64,000 nucleotides of DNA from Spizellomyces punctatus DAOM BR117 (taxonomy: Eukaryota): assembly GCA_000182565.2 (NCBI GenBank), contig KQ257453.1, one strand, 5' to 3'. The position numbers were made by a program, and so were the translations under genes. Under the pieces are notes generated by a model. The model saw only the letters and a list, made by a program, of their open reading frames with translations, ran no database searches and was not told the DNA's origin. This document shows positions 1 through 11,846 of this stretch, piece by piece. Positions within the stretch are counted from its first letter, which is position 1. Each line of letters begins with the position of its first letter.

Positions 1-360
1 TACGAAACCAAGCCCGCAAAAAACGGACGCCCCTTCAGATCCGCATAATGCTCCTCTGCCAGCGCCTTGGATGGTACAATCGCCTTGATGCCAACCAACT
101 TGTACCCTTTCCTCTCAAACCTCTCAATGACATTCGCCACCAGTCCCCGCTGCGTCCCATCGGGCTTGATGGCTATAAATGTGCGCTCGATCCCGCCTTT
201 TTGTGCCGGCAGGGAAGGGGGCCTCGAGGTGGAGAGGGGAGGTAAGGAGCCCAAGGGTGGCCGCGCTACCCGTGGCGATGGCGACAATGCGGGGCCGTGC
301 CAGGCGGGGAAGCTGCTGGAAGGCTCTGCGGGCCAGGTGGGGAAGCATACGGGCAAACAT
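1..360 (-). CDS. NDK1: Nucleoside diphosphate kinase with N-terminal mitochondrial-type presequence; 3' end runs off the window; one apparent frameshift at 198-202
   Basis: Minus strand reads [20 protein letters not shown]...APFPAGTK, then in a shifted frame [38 protein letters not shown]...AEEHYADLK, the canonical NDPK N-terminus. Confidence 0.85.
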
Positions 361-557
361 GATGCGTTTGTTCTCCAATGAAATCCTTTTAATAAAAAAA
401 AGATGAAAGATGGAAATGTCTCCAAAACCCGCGAACGAGGCCCTTTTATATCCCGCTGATGGTTCCAACCAACCCACGCGCTCCTTCGCCCTCCCAAAGT
501 CGCCGCGATCTCTCCTCGGCATCCAACCATAGACGACAAGATTTAGACAATCAAAAG

Positions 558-1932
558 ATGGAATTTGACGATGTATTGACGAATCAACCTGTTGTTATTG
601 ATAATGTATGTCGTCTGTGCGTTTTAAAGAGTTGGTGGGACACTTGTTTAAATGTGCATTACAGGGGTCAGGCGTTATCAAGGCAGGTTTCGCTGGCGAC
701 GATCAGCCCAAATGTTTCTTTCCCTCCTTGTAAGTTACTTGTTCCATCTCCCTTTCTAGGCCTTACATTTACCGTGCATCATAGTGTGGGCCGCCCAAAG
801 CATCACCGCGTTATGGCCGGTGCAGTCGAAGGTGACACATTTATTGGGAAAAAGGCCCAAGAGCTACGTGGATTGTTGCGAATAAGGTACCCGATGGAAC
901 ACGGAGTTGTTACGGATTGGGATGATATGGAGAGAATTTGGGGGTTTGTGTATGAGGAAGAACTCAAGATATTGTCAGAGGAGGTGCGTTCTAGGCAACT
1001 TTAGAGTTGGGTCAACCATGTCCTAAAAGAAGGGAAAAACAACAGCACCCAGTCCTCTTAACAGAAGCCCCCCAAAACCCCCGCACAAACCGCGACACCG
1101 CCGCCCAAATCCTATTTGAGACCTTCAATGTCCCCGCCCTCTTTCTCTCCATCCAAGCCGTGCTCGCTCTCTACGCCTCAGGTCGAACAACCGGTATCGT
1201 CCTTGACATTGGTGATGGCGTCACACATGCTGTACCCGTCTACGAAGGCTTTTCCATGCCGCATGCCGTTAGAAGGGTGGACATGGCTGGACGAGATATC
1301 ACACATCACCTTCAACTCTTGTTGCGCAAATCAGGATACTCACTCTCCACATCTGCCGAAAAAGAAGTCGTACGCATCATAAAGGAGAAAACATGTTACA
1401 TTGCATCCAATCCCGCCAAGGAGGAAAAAGAGGCTGTTGGAAAATACGAGGACTTTATCTTACCCGATGGCACACCCCTTAAACTCGGACCAGAACGCTT
1501 CAGGGCCCCTGAAATCCTCTTTGCACCTGACCTCATCGGCCAAGAATTCCCAGGTGTTCACCAGCTTTGCGTAGACGCCATTCAAAAAGCCGATATGGAC
1601 CTCCGGAAACACCTGTACTCAAACATGGTGCTGAGTGGCGGTACGACTCTTTGCCGGGGCTTTGGAGATCGGCTTTTGGGAGAAGTCAAGCGGTTGGCAC
1701 TCAAGGATGTCAAGATAAAGATTTATGCACCACAAGAACGAAAGTATTCGACATGGATCGGCGGGTCGATTTTGGCTTCTTTGAGTATGTCTGCTGTTTT
1801 GATTGAGTGACGATTGACTAGCTACTCATGACTTTTTGTCTTTGCCACTTAGGTACATTTAAAAAGATGTGGGTGTCAGCTGAAGAATACCAAGAAGACC
1901 CCGATATTATTCACAAAAAGTTTATGGGGTGA
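558..1932 (+). CDS. ARP1: Actin-related protein 1 (centractin, dynactin subunit), 5 exons
   Basis: [109 protein letters not shown]; four GT-AG introns join the frames. Confidence 0.93.
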
Positions 1933-2108
1933 ATGTCTTTAATTTATGGGCTGTTGTATATAGAATGTGTGTGCGTTTTTCCTTGCCAACGGTGTCGTGT
2001 GAGTAGCCCCCGTCAGTGGGATGGCAATGTCGCTCAAAGAGAGCATCTTCTATCCTTGACCTCCTCCAAAATCCAATAAAAGCCGTCCTCTACTCTGCAT
2101 ACAACCCT

Positions 2109-3188
2109 CTAGTGCTCCGAAACTTCCGCATACCGATCAAATGTCTCTTTTGATACCGCAAACCCCCTCACAACATCTGCCTCCAGAAAATGCATCTTGC
2201 CACAAATCACCAGAGAGTGCAACGGAGGCCCGAAATCGACTGATTGGAGTTCCTCCAGTGTCCCTGCGACAATTTGCTGTGTGGCAGAACCGAGACGTGC
2301 TAGGCCGACTGCGATGGTGGTCGGACTGTAGGCGTCTGTGGTGACGGAAAGGAGTTGGGTGATGGCGGTTGGGATGGACATGTAGCGGGGAGGTTCGTAG
2401 ATTTTGCGGCCGCTAATATGTACGTGCTGTTGGTCATTATGCCTATTTAAATACAAAGACATTTGATGTACGTACCGAGCCAGATTTTCAATACTTTGTT
2501 CTTTCACTTTAATATCTGCGCAAACAAAATACGTTATCACCACTCACTCTCCCAAACGTCACCCTCTACAGAAACACTTACCTAACAGACACAAGGTATG
2601 TAATCCCATCTGCCGATTCGCCCCAATCTTCTCCACAAAACTATCCGGTCTCCACGTCTCTGTAAAAAACACAATCGACACGGTCTGGCCGTACTGGTAC
2701 AATGAAAGTCCACAACACCCAACAGCATTCATGACGCTCGCATTGTGGATCGGTACGGTGGGGATCCCCCGTTCTTGGGCTCGCAGAACAAGGTCGGTGT
2801 GGGTTGTTGCGCTACGCCAATATTAGTTACGACCGAGCAGACTAGTTCTTTGCAACAGCAAGCATACCCGAATGGATCTCCAACGACGAGAAAGGCGACA
2901 TTAACTTTATCAGCGTCTTGTAAAATGGCGTCAGATTCCGTTTCGACCATATCTCGATCGGCAATAATAACGGGGCGTTCATAGAATGCCTCCTATATGC
3001 TACATGTCAATACTAAAATTCTCTATTGGACAAATGTTTGGGTACTCTACCAGTCGCTCTTTCCCAACTCCCAAAATACTCGTATACGCCTCCAAGTAAA
3101 TTCGTGAGCATGATTTGACGGCTTCAAGGCCCTTGACAGTAATATCCTTTTCGTCCGATAGGCCTAGGCCTATAATGTAGAGCACCAT
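2109..3188 (-). CDS. DPH5: Diphthine methyl ester synthase, multi-exon
   Basis: [82 protein letters not shown]. Confidence 0.95.
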
Positions 3189-3341
3189 GTTGACCAACAA
3201 AACCGTTCGCCAGGCCATCCCCGCCGAGCACCTTTGGCACCTCCATCTGAGGCTTGTTGACATGACAACGTCTTGGTCACCTTTTACGTAAAGCTCGATC
3301 ATACACCTCTACTCTCCGCAAACTTATCACCTCAAGCAATA

Positions 3342-3792
3342 ATGTCCAACCTCACCAACATCCATACTTTAAACGTAAGGTCCCATTTGTCAGTCTATAT
3401 TCCGCAAACTAATACTTGACTAGCTTCTCCGATGGACGGCCCTCGGAACTGGTATTCTCTATGGAGGACTCAAAAGACAATATTTAGTCTCGTATGTCCA
3501 GGAACGCAAACAGGAGCGTGACAAAAAGTTGTTTGAGGAATTGGTGTACGAAGCGAGGGTGGTTTATACGGCGTTAAAGGAAAAGGAGCTGGCGGAAGTG
3601 GCAAAGAAAGAGTTTGGCAGTAGGTTTCGTTGTCCCCTCTCCAGTGTTTGCAAACGGTTTTGTTTATTTTGGGTTTGTTTGCTCTGTATAGTTGAGGCTA
3701 TCGATCCGGATGACTACCGATTTGATGCAGAAAAGTACCTCAACTTTTTGATTGCCCAACAAGAAAAGGAGGCGGCCATCTTGCAAAAGTAG
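3342..3792 (+). CDS. TIM11: Probable mitochondrial ATP synthase subunit e, 3 exons
   Basis: Spliced MSNLTNIHTLN|LLRWTALGTGILYGG (GxxxG-type TM helix), then a helical charged segment and DPDDYRFDAEKYL, as in fungal subunit e. Confidence 0.75.
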
Positions 3793-4063
3793 GCGCGTTG
3801 CGTGCGATCTGTGTGGTTTTAATGGGCTGTTGATGGGAATAGGTATCCCGTGGGCATATGATAGCAAGTTGGCATTGACAGATAGCTCATATACGCATAC
3901 GCAATAAACAGAAAACTGAGACAGTCTTTCACATTTCGCAGCTGTCCATTCCCATCCTATCGATTTTATTAGCTAGGAAATAAAAGAAACGTGAAAACAC
4001 AATATACACATGACATCTCAACCTGTGCAAAAAAATAATGTACATGAATCCAGCATTCACCAT

Positions 4064-6667
4064 CTATGCCAACCCATCCACCCCTAGTAATGCCACGATC
4101 ACTCCAAGCATCCCTATATCCAAACCTCTTGCCCACCACCCCATATTGATTGAAACGACATCAAAGACTTCCATACGCCCAACCGTACCTGTACCGAAAG
4201 GGAGCTCATGAGTCAGTCGAGAGAGTGTCATATGGAAGACGAGTTGTACGAAGATGAGGAAGGTGCCGAGGTTCTATGTGAGGTCAGCTCTTTGTAAAGC
4301 CTGCACACGACAAACAGGGGAACTTACCACTCGTTGCTTTGTTCCTTCTCCAACATGTTTACGTCGACCGAGGTATAAAGAACAGCACAAGCTGATGCAA
4401 AGAGCTAGGCTCAGTCCTACCGCATATAGTGCGCTACGATGGGCCTGTGCAAATATGAACCACGCTGCACATCAATTCCGATGCAATGGACATACATACC
4501 CCAGTGATTTGCAGCAAGACACCAAACACCATCAGCAATCGAGCTATCTTGGTCCCCGATTTGAATCGCTGCCGCGAACTTTGAAATGCGCGTAGTTGCC
4601 GATCGTCGTCGTCAAGTTTTGTAGAGCTCGCAAAGGCCCATTCGATGCCGAGTGACTGTTCATAGAGTTGGACAAAGGCGAGAATGCTTTATATAACGAA
4701 CGGATGCTTACCTCAGCCAATGGATCCTTTGGTACACCGCCATCCACTGACAGGCGTTCCCGCCCCCGCTTCCAAAACCAGACGAAACCGCTTCCTTTGG
4801 GGTATCCATTACCTTGCTGAAAAAAACGAGTAAGTCGGGGTAATACGTGGGCTATAGTATGCCGCATCCACCCACCTCAGGTAATTGTGCATCTGCCTTC
4901 TGATCAATATTCACTTTCAGAGGTGCCGGCGGCATCATATTGATACGGGCGGGTTCTATAACACGTAATGTACAGGCACTCTGATATAGCAACTGGAAGC
5001 TGATCCTATTACTCAAAGGTCACCCTCATGGGTGCGATGAAGGATGGTTACGTACCGTGATAGATACCACAAGGAAAAAGCCATGAATAGTGAGCGTCGC
5101 AACCGGACTCCATACACCACGCACAATGTAGAGTGCCAAGGTTCTTAACGCAAACAACTCAAGCTGCAGCCACTGAATTCCAACAAATAACATCAATCCA
5201 CCATGTCACAGATATATCAGACAGCATATGATTACCTGATACTCGTTCTGATTCCGTATCTTTGCATTCATTCTCGGTCGTGTGATCCACAAGGGATTCA
5301 TCACAATGGCCGGTGCAGACAGAGCGTTGAGCCATGACAATGGAAGCAGACAAGTACACAAACATTGTACGCTGTCGGATGAGCTCATGGGAAAGCGAAA
5401 GAGACAGTCTAATCCCCATAGAGAGCGCCAGGTTGGAAGGGGGGTGCCAGTACCAGGCGACCATGTGCACCCGGCATGATTAAATGAAATTGGGTAAAGG
5501 ACACCTATAGAGATCATTATAAATGGGCAGGCTGTGGTAACTGGTTCTAGCGCAACGTACCATAAATATGGAGCGCCAACATAGCGATGATACTGGCGCC
5601 TAGACACAACATCGCAGTCGCCCACAGATAGGGTAAACTTTCCATGTTGATCCATATTCGCGATGAATCGGCGGCGGATCGCCACTGCTGTGACGACTTT
5701 AGTGATTGGTACAGTAAGTGATGCTTCATCTTTTCGTAGGAGCTGTGCAGAGAGGCTTGGACGTTGTCGGCGCAGAGTGGACACACTGGAGGATATTTCT
5801 TCTCCAGTTGTCGTTTGTAATCTTCCACAGTTTCATTAAAATAGTCCTGGAGGGCGTCAGATCGGGATCTTAGGATATATAATCGAAACAGATCGCACTT
5901 GAAGAATGAAAGAGATGTTACCTCGTCTCCTGGATCATACTCTGCAACGAGGCGCATGACCAGATTCTGATTCTGTATGCAGACTTGACAGAATGCAGGT
6001 CGGGTGGATACGTCAACGGCTATCATCGCGCGGTCAGGGATGAGTCGCTAACTTTCACGTTGAATCGAGCCAGGATAGGACGCACCTCGATCTCTCAAGC
6101 TCGTAGTCATGGTGCTTGGTTGCCCCGGTCTTCGCCGCCCGATCTTTTTATTGCAAAGATCTTAATGAGTTCTGGGCCCAGCCGTAGCGAAAAAGCGTCA
6201 AGACTCTCCACCCACACTTTCATCCCCATTCCAACTCGAGCACAGATCGCAGTACCAGCTTTGACCCCCCATAACCGCAAGTCGTTCCTTGGGAAGGATG
6301 ACGTTCTGATTGCAGTAAAAGCATGTCACAGTCGCGGTATCATTTCTCCAGTTTTTATACGATTGCTGAAGACTGGCAGGCGGTAAAGACGTGAGCGCGC
6401 GCGAGCCCCAAGCCAAATAGGTTCCGTCTCCATATCTAGAGCATACCTTTTTATTAGAGGTGATGTCACATACCACCGAACTGTCCACCAGATCAGGTGA
6501 ACTGCTGAGGCGACGACGAGCAAGGCGAGAGCAATCAGCGACGGTCTCCACCCGCCTGTAAAGACCGACTGCACATCCAAGTATGTGCTAGGGAGTAGAT
6601 TGATGACCGCTAATGCCGGAAGCAACAAGAGCAACCCCTCCTGCTGCCGTCGTCCTCCTCCCGGCAT
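4064..6667 (-). CDS. IMA1: Ima1/TMEM201 (Samp1) inner nuclear membrane protein, many exons; start approximate
   Basis: Four CxxC pairs (VTCFYCN, WYCDLCSSWNG, FCQVCIQNQ, YPPVCPLC) in the Ima1 N-domain pattern, followed by hydrophobic segments; last exon ends ...IVALLGVDGLA* at 4064. Confidence 0.8.
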
Positions 6668-6833
6668 GGCCAGAACTGAAAGCAAAACAAACGAATTGCA
6701 CACCACCAGCTGGATAACCCAATGCATTCCAATGCCAAATCGGCTGCAATCGGAACCGTTTATCACCGCGCGCGTTCAGCCGGAAATAAACCAAAAGTCC
6801 AACGGGCTTAAAAACGAAATATCGACGGTAACA

Positions 6834-8098
6834 ATGCCCGTCGTCCAAATTAGCTGCTCAGGACATAACCCCCAAAAGGCGCTCGTGTCCATCGACAGAT
6901 ATCCATCGCTCGCTTCCTTTTTACAAACTCTTCCAGCTCGCTTCAATGTCAAGCCGCATCCGAGAGCAAGTCTTACCTACGTCGAGAATGGCCAGCCATA
7001 CGATATTACCGACGACGAAGGCTGGATGATCGCATTAGGCGAGATGGAAACGCAACCCAAGCCAACGCTGGTTTGGACACTTCCTGTATCTGGGACGAAG
7101 CGGGAGCGGGAATTGCAGGATGCGGATCGGTAAGTGGAGCCTTGAGAGAAGCCACCGCCGCCCTTTGTCAAATTCGCAACATGCACATGAACTGCGTCTC
7201 AAAGCCGAATCTTGGTTTTTAGGGAAGGAATGGATGTACTGAGTCAACTCTTGGCATCACCAGCGGCAACAGCCGCAGCTGCAGCTGCTGCAAGTCCCAG
7301 CGGTACCTCCGAGGTCCCTGTGCCACCAAAACGTCGGAGAAGGTCAAGCAAAAACCCAAACATTGACGGCTCACCCGCAGCTCCCGCACATGTAAAGCGT
7401 CAGCAACAACAAACAGAGCTGTACCGAGTGAGTTTCGCTTTTTTTGTTCTTGATTTCCCTCAATTGATGGCGGCTGACTGTCTTGCATTATTGCTCCGCA
7501 GCGAATTTCAAAGGAACAGGGCCACGCAGCAGCATTCGACGCTCTTGATAAAGCCTGGCAAGAGCGTTTCTACGCTTTGGCGGATATAGTCCAAGATATT
7601 TTTGGCTCCCGTCATTACCTCCTCAACCCTCTCGAAGTCGCCTGCCCCCTCTGCCTCGCCAGCATCAAACTCTCCCAGATATGTGAGAGAAGAATGGGAA
7701 ACCTCATGCACGCGCAGCACCATCTGCGTAAAGTGCATTACGATAGTCCTATACCAGTTGTTCAAAATACCGCACGGGCTTTGGTACAGAGATGGGAAGA
7801 GAGATTTGGAAATGCAAAAATGTGTGTGACGCCACTCACAGAAGAGATGAAGCGTTGTTTGCGGGATATCAATGGAGGTCGAGATGTGCCACTTCAACCG
7901 CAACAGCATGTGACGTCGCAGGAAGCGGGTCATCCGCAGTTGGTGGGGCCACCGCAGGTGGTTGGAATGAGTTTGGCACACCCGCCGGATGCTCATCCCG
8001 CCGCGACCTTGGGGCATCAGGCTGGAGCCCAAGGGGTGTTGAGCATGGCCCCGCAGGGCATGCAACACGTAGCCCATGTAATGATGTCCAGTCGGTAG
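6834..8098 (+). CDS. Hypothetical protein (~365 aa): PB1-like N-domain, basic NLS-like patch, C2H2/BED-like zinc finger, Q/H/P-rich tail; exons 6834-7129, 7223-7427, 7502-8098
   Basis: Canonical GT-AG junctions join three frames; LTYVENGQPYDITDDEGWMIAL, PKRRRR, CPLC...HLRKVH. Confidence 0.7.
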
Positions 8099-8331
8099 CT
8101 TTTTCGAAGCGATCGTTTCCACTGTAGATTTTTTGACTTCGATTGTAGTAATATCTTTTATGTGAACATATATTTCTCGTGTGCAATTCTAAAGTGTCAA
8201 ATAATGACAAATTCCAAAAAGTGGAAACATAAAAACCACTGGTTGAAACTATTCTACAGCTATACGACTCATAAAAAAATTCCCAATTGCATAAACCTAA
8301 TACCAAATAAATAAGGAGTATTATGTACGAA

Positions 8332-11300
8332 CTAATCTTCATCTGGAACATTACAGGATGCGTTAGTTTAACTTGTAGATATAAGCGCATGACACGAGAA
8401 TGCAACACCAACCTGTATCTGGCTCCTTGGCCCCTCCCTCCACCAACCACTTCATATGTCTTGCTCTGCGTCGAATTTCTCGTGCCTTCTGCTCATTCCG
8501 AGTAAGCTTCTTCTTCTTTGGTTTGCTCGCAACCTTTTCCTCAATCTTTTTCCGAGCCGCTTCTTCCTTTTCGTTATCTTCAAATGCATCGTCATTGACA
8601 GCCCCTTTACCCTTCTTGGTCAACTGTCCAGCCTCAACATGCCACTTTTCAGGACAAAGTGCACCCACAAACTCTTCATTGTGCGAGATCATGACAACAG
8701 CACCGCCCCAATCCCGAATGGCGACAGCTAGACCACCCAACGAGTCACGGTCCAAGTAGTTGGTTGGCTCGTCAAGGACGAGCATATGGGGATTGTTCCA
8801 CATGGCGGCAGCAATGACAACCTTGACCTTTTGACCGCCGGAAAGACCACTGATGGGATTGTTGTCCGCAATGTCGCCGTCCAACCCAACATCTTCAATG
8901 TGCTTACGAATGACAGTCGGACTGAGCTCACGGTATCCCTGTCCTTCTCTCGAAGCTTCGCGATCATCGAATGCTTGGACCAACTTTTGGAACCCGAGTT
9001 CCAAGAGCTTTTCCCGTGAAACCCAAGTGTTGTGCTTGGGAAGAAATCCGACCCACTTTATTTCATACTGGAACGACTTTTTCAGCTTTGCTCGACCAAT
9101 CAGGTACTCGACTTTACGTTTCGACCCATTTACATCGACCAAGGTCTCCATCTGCGCTACATCCTGTTCAGTCAGTTTACGTGACTCCTTCTCAAGCACT
9201 TCACGATCCTCTCCAGTTTGGTATCGCCATTGGATGTATTGATTTGGCGTCTTCTCAAGATGTTGATCCAAATGGTGGAAGGCGTGCTGGGCAACGTATC
9301 CAATACGCAAGTTGGGGTGTTTCCAGACTTGACCTTCCTGGGGAATCGCCTCACCAGTTAAAACCTTGATCAAGGTAGATTTACCGGCACCGTTGGGCCC
9401 GATGATGGCTACACGAGATGAAAGGGAGACGCCAGCTGTGACATTTTGAAGAGAGGGTTTCGGCGCGCCCGGATAGGTGTATGTTGCGTTCGTCATCTTG
9501 AGGATAGATTTTGTCTTACTGTTGATGCCTTGAAGGAAAGCAGGTGGGGGAAACGTGAACTTGAGGTTTTCGGTAGATAGTGTGTAGTAGGACTTTGCTT
9601 CAGGTTTTCTCTCCACAAACTTTGACAAGTTGCCCTTGTAATATACCAACTTTTTCCGCTCATAGTGGATGATGTCAGTGCATACATTGTCCAAAAATCC
9701 AGAATCGTGGGAGACGACCAAGACTGTGAGTCTCTTTTGGCTGTTGAGGTAGTTCTCCAACCAAGCGACGTTGCCTACGTCCAAGTGATTTGTAGGCTCG
9801 TCCAACAACAAAAGGTCGGCGTTCATCAAAATCGCACGAGCAAGCTCCAGTTTCATTTTCCAGCCTCCGGAAAGGTTTCCAACCTGGATATCCAATCGAT
9901 CATCTGTGAACCCAACCTCGACAAGTGCCTTCTTGATATCGTCACGAGAGAGATCCTTCAAGCGAGAATCTGATGCAACAAAGTCGAGTACTGGCAAGCT
10001 AGTGTCCTCTCCCTGAAGGCTGTGTTCCACCAGGACAGCACGGATTTCCTCAGGCGGGGGGAAATTTTCAACTTTGCCCAGCGAGATAGCGCGCATAAGG
10101 GTAGACTTTCCGGCACCGTTCCGACCGCACAAGCCATAACGGCGTCCCCGCATCAGCCGCAAGGTGGTATGGTTGAGAAGCATCATACCACCGTACGCCA
10201 AACTAAAATCGCAGCTGCAAAGCTCTTCACCTTCCTCAGCCTCCAGACCAGACTCCTGCTGCCGGCGAATATGATCCACCTCACGATAGTGTGCCGCCAA
10301 CCGCTTTGCGATTAGTTCAGCTTGTTCTGGAGCGATGAAGGACGATAGATATGGCGCGCAGGCTCCCTTCCACTCTTCATCGCCGTATACGTCACTTACA
10401 ATCACTTCTCTTAAAAGGGAGGTGGTGTAATCAATTGAAATCTGCGTGAAAGCGTCCACGGCGGTCAATTGAGCAACGTCCGCCAGTAGGTTCTTTAGGC
10501 GGTTCAAGATTTCGGCTTCTGAAGGAATGTGCGATTTTGACGTTTCCCCTTCTGTCCCATCACCGCCTGCCTTGACCAACGTGTTTCGTGCAGTCGTCGC
10601 CAAGGAACGAATTTCGGGGAAAGCTGCCGTTTCAATAATCTTATCAAGCCCAGGTAGCAGCTGAGGCAGGAACTGGCCAGCCTCCGCAGGGTCGCGGACA
10701 AGTTTGCACAGGTTATCAGTAATGACGGCAGCCGGTCGTAGCACCGCCGCAGAACGCTCATTCAGCGCACGAACGAGAAGAGGCACCATGATGGCCAATG
10801 CAGGGCCAGTTACTTCGGCTACAAAGGTAGTTGCAGACAGTTTTTGAATACATTCGGGAACTTCGGTTGGCCTGGCCATGCAGCTGACCAACATGGGGAG
10901 GTGTGGAGCGATATCTGGGTTATTTGCAACCTTGCAAACGTTCATCATGCACTTTGTGGCAGCTTGCGATACTTCCGTTTTCGTGTCGTGGAGGCATTCG
11001 GTCACTTGAGGGATAATTTCGGGGAGAGCAAGCGCAATTTGTTCGGGAGCACTGTTTGCCAGCTTGCCCAGTACTTCCAAAGCGCCAACTCGCGTTTGCC
11101 ATTTCCTGCCCATCGCATCGTACAATATCGGCAACACAATACGAGTTGCGTAAGGAGACGGCAGTGACATTAGCGTTCCAACGGCCATTTCCGCGGCCTC
11201 TCGTACAGGTTGTCCCTTATCCGCATAGCAGTCGAGCATGATAGATAGCAACGGCAAGAGGTACGGCTCGCCAGCGCGACCTAACACACGTGCCAAACCA

Positions 11301-11530
11301 TGCAGTCCCAATAGCGCACCTTCTCGTGCCAGACCAGACTTTTTGTTTTGCGCTTGTTGTGTGAGATTGTCGAGGACGCCGCATGTGTGCAGAGTGTAAA
11401 GCCCAATTGATTTTATCACTCCCCCGAGGTCAGCAGCAATAGAGACGCACTCGTCGCTTGTTTCACAGGTATACAGCTGGTTGAGGAGCTCCGGAATGCG
11501 GGATGACGGGATAAAGTCTGCAAAGCCCAT
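8332..11530 (-). CDS. YEF3: Translation elongation factor 3 (ABCF family: HEAT repeats, two ABC domains, chromodomain insert)
   Basis: GRNGAGKST and GPNGAGKST Walker A, LSGGWKMK and LSGGQKVK signatures, two DEPTN motifs, Lys/Arg-rich tail. One intron (GTTGGT...CTAAC...CAG) near the end gives a tiny last exon ending DED* at 8332. Confidence 0.95.
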
Positions 11531-11846
11531 TGTGTTCTTGTTTTGGCCGAGTCGAGCTGCACCAACAACAGTCTAAAAAGAGCCCAACCAATGGAAGGGC
11601 CAACAAACAGGAAAAAGATCCCCAGCAAATGGAGAAAACTAAAAAGCCAAGAACGATGCGATGGGGGGATCCCTTGTTCGTTGGTGTTTTTTTTTTCTTC
11701 CAACCCCTAACTTATCGAAACGCGAGGGAAACCCCAACCACGTTTTTTAAAGTCTCGCCTGCAGCTGAAAAAATGGGTGCTGACTAATCATATTATGTCA
11801 GCCAAAAGCGCAGTTTGTACAATACGATTTACATTTGACTAGCAAC

